From positions 20,336,001 through 20,400,000 of the forward strand of contig CM074517.1 in NCBI GenBank assembly GCA_037379345.1: DNA of 64,000 bases, in the 5' to 3' direction. Below, one piece after another: positions 54,166-64,000 of this stretch (positions are counted from its first letter, which is position 1; the number at the start of each line of letters is the position of its first letter). The notes beneath the pieces were generated by a model. The model made no database searches. It saw nothing but the letters and a program-made list of their open reading frames with translations, and was not told the origin of the DNA. This stretch comes from Perna viridis. Its lineage: Eukaryota. A program made the translations under genes and the position numbers.

Positions 54166-57100
54166 GCATGACTTCAACAAGTTCATCAACAACTTCAACT
54201 ACAATACTCATAACATCAATTCCCAAAGAAATTCCTTCGACGATGAATAAAATAGAAGAAGCCCATACAACATCACATTCAACTCAAACTTATATAACAT
54301 TCAGTACAAAAGAGACAAATACATTATCTAATAGAACTTACGAAATCTCAATTACAAATACCACAGAAACCCCTGCAAAATCAAGTACAAATGTAAAACA
54401 ATCGAGTTCGAAAAATGAACCACCAACATCAAATAAAACTGAAACGCAAAAAACATCAAGTATCACTTCTGCAACAACAACATCATCTTTAGGAACCGGT
54501 AGAACAGAAAAATCTACAATGCCAATTACAACTCAAGAACGCAAAACATGGAGAACCAGAGAAACACCCACAACATCAGACAAAACTTATGAAGCAACCA
54601 CGTCAAATTCACTTTATAAACCAAAAATATCTTTAACCGCAGAAACACAGACATCAGGAAAACCTGAAACACATACGATGTTAATGACGACAGTGGCACC
54701 CGCCAAATCGAGTGCGACAGATTCACCTACAACACCGAGTTTCAACGAATTGACCACAAAAACGGACAGCGCTGAAACACATACAATATCAATTTCGACC
54801 GTAGAACCCACCACATCGAGTTCGACAAGTAAGCCAACAGTATCGAGACTCACGCAATCACTTACAGTTACAGGTATGACTGAAACATCAACAGTGTCAA
54901 TAACGACGGTTCAACCCACAACATCGAGTGCAACAGATTCATATACAACAGCGAGTACCACAAAAGTCACCACTGCAATGAGTAGGACTGAAATACCTGC
55001 AATGCCAATTTTGACAGGTGAGTCCACCACATCGACTTTGGAAGAAACACCTGCTTTTTCGAGTATCACAGAATCAACAGCAGAAATAGGTAAACCAACG
55101 CTGGCAGTATTAAAAATGACTGTCGAACATAAGACATCGAGTGCGACAGATACGCCTACAACACCGGGTTTTAAGGAATCAACCACAAAAACAAACAGGG
55201 CTGAAACATATACAATGTCAATTTCCACCAAAGAACCCTCCACATCGAGTTCAACAAATACACAAACAACATCCAGATCCACAGAATCACCTAGAGCAAC
55301 AGTTATGACTGACACATCTACAATGTCAATTTCAACTGAAGAACGCATCACATCGAGTTCAAAAGAAACGCTTAAAACATCGAGTACCACAGAATCAACT
55401 ACAGAAACAGATAAACCAACACTGGCAGCATTAAAATCGACCGTCGAACCCAAGACATCGAGTGCGAAAGATACAACTACACCATCGAGTTTCACAGCAT
55501 CAACCACTGCAACAGGCAGGACAGAGACACATACACTGCCAATTATAACTGAAGAGCCCAAAACATGGAGAACCAGAGAAACATCTACAACATCAGACAA
55601 AACTTACCAACCAACTGCATCAAATTCACCTTTTAAACCAAAAATATCTTTAACCACAGAAACACAGACAGCAGGAAAACCCGAAACACATACGATGTCA
55701 ATAACGACTGTGGAACCCAAAAAATCAAGTACACCAGATTCAACCACAACATCGAGTATCAAGGAATCAACCGTAAAAATGGGTTGGACTGAAACACAAA
55801 CAATGTTAATTTCGACTGAAGAAAGCACCACATCTGGTTCAAAAGAAACGTTTGAATCATCGAGTACCACAGATTCTACTACAGAAATAGATAAACCAAC
55901 ACTGGCAGCATTAAAATCGACCGTCGAACCCAAGACATCGATTGCGAAAGATACAACTACACCATCGAGTTTCACAGCATCAACCACTGCAACAGGCAGG
56001 ACAGAGACACATACACTGCCAATTATAACTGAAGAGCCCAAAACATGGAGAACCAGAGAAACACCCACAATATCAGACAAAACTTACCAACCAACTACAT
56101 CAATTTCACCTTTTCAACCAAAAATATCTCTAAACACAGAAACACAGACATCAGGAAAATCTGAAAGACACACGATGTCAAAAACGACAGTGGCACACAC
56201 AAAATCAAGTGCGACAGATTCACCTACAGCACCGGGTTTCCAGAAATCAACCACAAATACGGATAGGACTGAAACACATACAATGTCGAATTCAACCGAA
56301 GAACCCACTGCATCGACTTCGACAAATACACCAACAACATCGAGACCCACAGAATCACCTGGAGCAACAGTTATAACTGTAACATCTACAAATTCAATTT
56401 CGACTGAAGAACGCACCACATCTGGTTCGAAAGAAACGCTTGCATCATCGAATACCACAGGATCAACAGCAGAAACAGATAAACCAACACTGGCAGTATT
56501 AAAAACGACTTTCGATCATAGGACATCGAGTGAGACAGATACATATACGCCATCAAGTTCCTCAGAATCAACCACTACAATAAGCAGGACAGAGAGACAT
56601 ACACTGCAAATTACAACTGAGGAGCCCAAAACATTGAGAACCAGAGAAACATCTACAACATCAGACAAAACTTACCAATCAACTGCATCAAATTCACCTT
56701 TTAAACCAAAAATATCTTTAACCACAGAAACACAGACAGCAGGAAAACCCGAAACACATACGATGTCAATAACGACTGTGGAACCCAAAAAATCAAGTAC
56801 ACCAGATTCAACCACAACATCGAGTATCAAGGAATCAACCGTAAAAATGGGTTGGACTGAAACACAAACAATGTTAATTTCGACTGAAGAACGCACCACA
56901 TCTGGTTCAAAAGAAACGCTTGAATCATTGAGTACCACAGAATCTACTACAGAAACAGCTAAACCAACACTGGCAGCATTAAAAACGACTGTCGAACAAA
57001 GGGCATCGAGTGCGGAAGATACATATACGCCATCAAGTTCCTCAGAATCAACCGCTACAATAAGCAGGACAGAGACACATACACTGCCAATAACACCTGA

Positions 57101-60100
57101 AGAACGCAAAACATTGAGAACCAGACAAACACCCACAACATCAGACAAAATTTACGAAATAACTACGTCAAATTCATCTTATAAACCAAAACTATCTTTA
57201 ACCGCAGAAACACAGACATCAGGAAAACCTGAAACACATACGATGTTAATGACGACAATGGCACCCGCAAAATCGAGTGCGACAGATTCACCTACAACAC
57301 CGAGTTTCAAGGAATCAACCATAAAAATGGACAGCGCTGAAACACATACAATATCGATTTTGACTGAACAACCCACGACATCGAGTTCGACAAGTAAACC
57401 AACAATATCGAGACCCACAGAATCACTTACAGTTACATGTATGACTGAAACATCAACAATGTCAATAACGACGGTTCAACCCACAACATCGAGTGCAACA
57501 GATTCATATACAACAGCGAGTACCACAAAATTCACCACTGCAATGGGTAGGACTGAAATACCTGCAATGCCAATTTTGACAGGTGAGTCCACCACATCGA
57601 CTTTGGAAGAAACACCTGCTTCTTCGAGTTCCACAGAATCAACAGCAGAAACAGGTAAACCAACACTGGCAGGATTAAAAATGACTGTCGAACATAAGAC
57701 ATCGAGTGCGACAGATACGCCTACAACACCGGGTTTTAAGGAATCAACCACAAAAACGAACAGGGCTGAAACACATACAATGTCAATTTCCACCAAAGAA
57801 CCCTCCACATCGAGTTCAACAGATACACAAACAACATCCAGATCCACAGAATCACCTAGAGCAACAGTTATGACTGACACATCTACAATGTCAATGTCAA
57901 CTGAAGAACGCATCACATCGAGTTCAAAAGAAACGCTTAAAACATCGAGTACCACAGAATCTACTACAGAAACAGATAAACCAACACTGGCAGTATTAAC
58001 AACGACTGTCGAATCCAAGACATCGAGTGCGAAAAATACACCTACACCATCGAGTGCCACAGAATCAAAAACTACAACAGGCAGGACAGAGACACATACA
58101 CTACAAATTACAACTGAGGAGCCCAAAACATGGAGAACCAGAGAAACATCTACAACATCAGACAAAACTTACCAACCAACTGCATCAAATTCACCTTTTA
58201 AACCAAAAATATCTTTAACCACAGAAACACAGACAGCAGGAAAACCCGAAACACATACGATGTCAATAACGACTGTGGAACCCAAAAAATCAAGTACACC
58301 AGATTCAACCACAACATCGAGTATCAAGGAATCAACCGTAAAAATGGGTTGGACTGAAACACAAACAATGTTAATTTCGACTGAAGAAAGCACCACATCT
58401 GGTTCAAAAGAAACGCTTGAATCATCGAGTACCACAGATTCTACTACAGAAATAGATAAACCAACACTGGCAGCATTAAAATCGACCGTCGAACCCAAGA
58501 CATCGATTGCGAAAGATACAACTACACCATCGAGTTTCACAGCATCAACCACTGCAACAGGCAGGACAGAGACACATACACTGCCAATTATAACTGAAGA
58601 GCCCAAAACATGGAGAACCAGAGAAACACCCACAATATCAGACAAAACTTACCAACCAACTACATCAATTTCACCTTTTCAACCAAAAATATCTCTAAAC
58701 ACAGAAACACAGACATCAGGAAAATCTGAAAGACACACGATGTCAAAAACGACAGTGGCACACACAAAATCAAGTGCGACAGATTCACCTACAGCACCGG
58801 GTTTCCAGAAATCAACCACAAATACGGATAGGACTGAAACACATACAATGTCGAATTCAACCGAAGAACCCACTGCATCGACTTCGACAAATACACCAAC
58901 AACATCGAGACCCACAGAATCACCTGGAGCAACAGTTATAACTGTAACATCTACAAATTCAATTTCGACTGAAGAACGCACCACATCTGGTTCGAAAGAA
59001 ACGCTTGCATCATCGAATACCACAGGATCAACAGCAGAAACAGATAAACCAACACTGGCAGTATTAAAAACGACTTTCGATCATAGGACATCGAGTGAGA
59101 CAGATACATATACGCCATCAAGTTCCTCAGAATCAACCACTACAATAAGCAGGACAGAGAGACATACACTGCAAATTACAACTGAGGAGCCCAAAACATT
59201 GAGAACCAGAGAAACATCTACAACATCAGACAAAACTTACCAATCAACTGCATCAAATTCACCTTTTAAACCAAAAATATCTTTAACCACAGAAACACAG
59301 ACAGCAGGAAAACCCGAAACACATACGATGTCAATAACGACTGTGGAACCCAAAAAATCAAGTACACCAGATTCAACCACAACATCGAGTATCAAGGAAT
59401 CAACCGTAAAAATGGGTTGGACTGAAACACAAACAATGTTAATTTCGACTGAAGAACGCACCACATCTGGTTCAAAAGAAACGCTTGAATCATCGAGTAC
59501 CACAGAATCTACTACAGAAACAGCTAAACCAACACTGACAGCATTAAAAACGACTGTCGAACATAGGGCATCGAGTGCGAAAGATACATATACGCCATCA
59601 AGTTCCTCAGAATCAACCGCTACAATAAGCAGGACAGAGACACATACACTGCCAATAACACCTGAAGAACGCAAAACATTGAGAACCAGACAAACACCCA
59701 CAACATCAGACAAAATTTACGAAGTAACTACGTCAAATTCATCTTATAAACCAAAACTATCTTTAACCGCAGAAACACAGACATCCGGAAAACCTGAAAC
59801 ACATACGATGTTAATGACGACAGTGGCACCCGCAAAATCGAGTGCGACAGATTCACCTACAACACCGAGTTTCAAGGAATCAACCATAAAAATTGATAGC
59901 GCTGAAACACATACAATATCAATTTTGACTGAACAACCCACGACATCGAGTTCGACAAGTAAACCAACAAAATTCACCACTGCAATGGGTAGGACTGAAA
60001 TACCTGCAATGCCAATTTTGACAGATGAGTCCACCACATCGAGTTTGGAAGAAACACCTGCTTCTTCGAGTACCACAGAATCAACAGCAGAAACAGGTAA

Positions 60101-63100
60101 ACCAACACTGGCAGGATTAAAAATGACTGTCGAACATAAGACATCGAGTGCGACAGATACGCCTACAACACCGGGTTTTAAGGAATCAACCACAAAAACG
60201 AACAGGGCTGAAACACATACAATGTCAATTTCCACCAAAGAACCCTCCACATCGAGTTCAACAGATACACAAACAACATCCAGATCCACAGAATCACCTA
60301 GAGCAACAGTTATGACTGACACATCTACAATGTCAATGTCGACTGAAGAACGCATCACATCGAGTTCAAAAGAAACGCTTAAAACATCGAGTACCACAGA
60401 ATCTACTACAGAAACAGATAAACCAACACTGGCAGTATTAACAACGACTGTCGAATCCAAGACATCGAGTGCGAAAAAAACACCTACACCATCGAGTGCC
60501 ACAGAATCAAGAACTACAACAGGCAGGACAGAGACACATACACTACAAATTACAACTGAGGAGCCCAAAACATGGAGAACCTGGGAAACATCTACAACAT
60601 CAGACAAAACTTACCAACCAACTGCATCAAATTCACCTTTTAAACCAAAAATATCTTTAACCACAGAAACACAGACAGCAGGAAAACCCGAAACACATAC
60701 GATGTCAATAACGACTGTGGCACCCAAAAAATCGAGTACACCAGATTCAACCACAACATCGAGTATCAATGAATCAACCGCAAAAATGGGTTGGACTGAA
60801 ACACAAACAATGTTAATTTCGACTGAAGAAAGCACCACATCTGGTTCAAAAGAAACGCTTGAATCATCGAGTACCACAGATTCTACTACAGAAATAGATA
60901 AACCAACACTGGCAGCATTAAAATCGACCGTCGAACCCAAGACATCGAGTGCGAAAGATACAACTACACCATCGAGTTTCACAGCATCAACCACTGCAAC
61001 AGGCAGGACAGAGACACATACACTGCCAATTATAACTGAAGAGCCCAAAACATGGAGAACCAGAGAAACACCCACAATATCAGACAAAACTTACCAACCA
61101 ACTACATCAATTTCACCTTTTCAACCAAAAATATCTCTAAACACAGAAACACAGACATCAGGAAAATCTGAAAGACACACGATGTCAAAAACGACAGTGG
61201 CACACACAAAATCAAGTGCGACAGATTCACCTACAGCACCGGGTTTCCAGAAATCAACCACAAATACGGATAGGACTGAAACACATACAATGTCGAATTC
61301 AACCGAAGAACCCACTGCATCGACTTCGACAAATACACCAACAACATCGAGACCCACAGAATCACCTGGAGCAACAGTTATAACTGTAACATCTACAAAT
61401 TCAATTTCGACTGAAGAACGCACCACATCTGGTTCGAAAGAAACGCTTGCATCATCGAATACCACAGGATCAACAGCAGAAACAGATAAACCAACACTGG
61501 CAGTATTAAAAACGACTTTCGATCATAGGACATCGAGTGAGACAGATACATATACGCCATCAAGTTCCTCAGAATCAACCACTACAATAAGCAGGACAGA
61601 GAGACATACACTGCAAATTACAACTGAGGAGCCCAAAACATTGAGAACCAGAGAAACATCTACAACATCAGACAAAATTTACCAATCAACTGCATCAAAT
61701 TCACCTTTTAAACCAAAAATATCTTTAACCACAGAAACACAGACAGCAGGAAAACCCGAAACACATACGATGTCAATAACGACTGTGGAACCCAAAAAAT
61801 CAAGTACACCAGATTCAACCACAACATCGAGTATCAAGGAATCAACCGTAAAAATGGGTTGGACTGAAACACAAACAATGTTAATTTCGACTGAAGAACG
61901 CACCACATCTGGTTCAAAAGAAACGCTTGAATCATCGAGTACCACAGAATCTACTACAGAAACAGCTAAACCAACACTGGCAGCATTAAAAACGACTGTC
62001 GAACATAGGGCATCGAGTGCGGAAGATACATATACGCCATCAAGTTCCTCAGAATCAACCGCTACAATAAGCAGGACAGAGACACATACACTGCCAATAA
62101 CACCTGAAGAACGCAAAACATTGAGAACCAGACAAACACCCACAACATCAGACAAAATTTACGAAATAACTACGTCAAATTCATCTTATAAACCAAAACT
62201 ATCTATAACCGCAGAAACACAGACATCAGGAAAACCTGAAACACATACGATGTTAATGACGACAATGGCACCCGCAAAATCGAGTGCGACAGATTCACCT
62301 ACAACACCGAGTTTCAAGGAATCAACCATAAAAATGGACAGCGCTGAAACACATACAATATCGATTTTGACTGAACAACCCACGACATCGAGTTCGACAA
62401 GTAAACCAACAATATCGAGACCCACAGAATCACTTACAGTTACAGGTATGACTGAAACATCAACAATGTCAATAACGACGGTTCAACCCACAACATCGAG
62501 TGCAACAGATTCATATACAACAGCGAGTACCACAAAATTCACCACTGCAATGGGTAGGACTGAAATACCTGCAATGCCAATTTTGACAGGTGAGTCCACC
62601 ACATCGACTTTGGAAGAAACACCTGCTTCTTCGAGTTCCACAGAATCAACAGCAGAAACAGGTAAACCAACACTGGCAGGATTAAAAATGACTGTCGAAC
62701 ATAAGACATCGAGTGCGACAGATACGCCTACAACACCGGGTTTTAAGGAATCAACCACAAAAACGAACAGGGCTGAAACACATACAATGTCAATTTCCAC
62801 CAAAGAACCCTCCACATCGAGTTCAACAGATACACAAACAACATCCAGATCCACAGAATCACCTAGAGCAACAGTTATGACTGACACATCTACAATGTCA
62901 ATGTCGACTGAAGAACGCATCACATCGAGTTCAAAAGAAACGCTTAAAACATCGAGTACCACAGAATCAACTACAGAAACAGATAAACCAACACTGGCAG
63001 TATTAACAACGACTGTCGAATCCAAGACATCGAGTGCGAAAAATACACCTACACCATCGAGTGCCACAGAATCAAGAACTACAACAGGCAGGACAGAGAC

Positions 63101-64000
63101 ACATACACTACAAATTACAACTGAGGAGCCCAAAACATGGAGAACCAGAGAAACATCTACAACATCAGACAAAACTTACCAACCAACTGCATCAAATTCA
63201 CCTTTTAAACCAAAAATATCTTTAACCACAGAAACACAGACAGCAGGAAAACCCGAAACACATACGATGTCAATAACGACTGTGGAACCCAAAAAATCAA
63301 GTACACCAGATTCAACCACAACATCGAGTATCAAGGAATCAACCGTAAAAATGGGTTGGACTGAAACACAAACAATGTTAATTTCGACTGAAGAAAGCAC
63401 CACATCTGGTTCAAAAGAAACGTTTGAATCATCGAGTACCACAGATTCTACTACAGAAATAGATAAACCAACACTGGCAGCATTAAAATCGACCGTCGAA
63501 CCCAAGACATCGATTGCGAAAGATACAACTACACCATCGAGTTTCACAGCATCAACCACTGCAACAGGCAGGACAGAGACACATACACTGCCAATTATAA
63601 CTGAAGAGCCCAAAACATGGAGAACCAGAGAAACACCCACAATATCAGACAAAACTTACCAACCAACTACATCAATTTCACCTTTTCAACCAAAAATATC
63701 TCTAAACACAGAAACACAGACATCAGGAAAATCTGAAAGACACACGATGTCAAAAACGACAGTGGCACACACAAAATCAAGTGCGACAGATTCACCTACA
63801 GCACCGGGTTTCCAGAAATCAACCACAAATACGGATAGGACTGAAACACATACAATGTCGAATTCAACCGAAGAACCCACTGCATCGACTTCGACAAATA
63901 CACCAACAACATCGAGACCCACAGAATCACCTGGAGCAACAGTTATAACTGTAACATCTACAAATTCAATTTCGACTGAAGAACGCACCACATCTGGTTC
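54166..64000 (+). CDS. Giant Thr/Ser-rich mucin exon of locus 3, open to the window end (>3270 codons)
   Basis: Acceptor catttcag|GC ATG ACT at 54165. The ATG at 54168 and the codons at the window end are in the same frame. The ORF track lists no terminated ORF in this frame, consistent with no stop before the window end. Confidence 0.9.
54621..64000 (+). repeat. Higher-order coding tandem repeat, 2565-bp (855-aa) unit, ~3.7 copies, one unit 2442 bp
   Basis: Antisense ORFs recur at +2565, +2442, +2565 (55604, 58169, 60611, 63176). PK(I/L)SL subunits spaced 1017/480/588/480 bp. Confidence 0.95.

Noticed and set aside
54526-63991. Many long minus-strand Val/Asp/Ser-rich ORFs (also at 4506-9581)
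   Set aside because: Antisense shadows of ACA/TCA-rich mucin codons; they track the repeat period and have no splice or start context of their own
54621-64000. Regular repeat array as a possible CRISPR or satellite
   Set aside because: No constant repeat with unique spacers; all unit lengths are multiples of 3 in an open Thr/Ser frame; eukaryotic context

Overview
AT-rich, intron-containing animal genomic DNA. The repeat families look bivalve-like (inference, not a database result). The window holds a head-to-tail (+ strand) cluster of three paralogous membrane-tethered mucin-like loci in different states. Locus 1 (~2.46-16.97 kb): two micro-exons, a ~5.4 kb Thr/Ser-rich exon built from 570-bp repeats and broken by frameshifts, a fold-back inversion and a 0.5-kb insertion, then intact exons for a SEA-like domain carrying an RKKR furin-type site on its own 48-nt exon, a duplicated transmembrane exon and a Tyr-rich cytoplasmic tail. 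Locus 2 (~35.1-40.2 kb): a decayed relic. Locus 3 (53.2 kb to beyond the window end): the same two micro-exons plus a single open Thr/Ser exon of more than 9.8 kb (>3270 codons) with a 2565-bp higher-order repeat. Introns and spacers contain Naiad-type Penelope-like retroelement fragments, tRNA-derived SINE-like elements, a decayed L1/Tx1-like LINE with a nested MITE, a DDE-integrase transposase relic, and 5-6 copies of an unexplained ~300-bp cassette that may be orphan promoter/first exons. Exon models were read by hand from splice signals, phase and paralog conservation. There is no transcript evidence.
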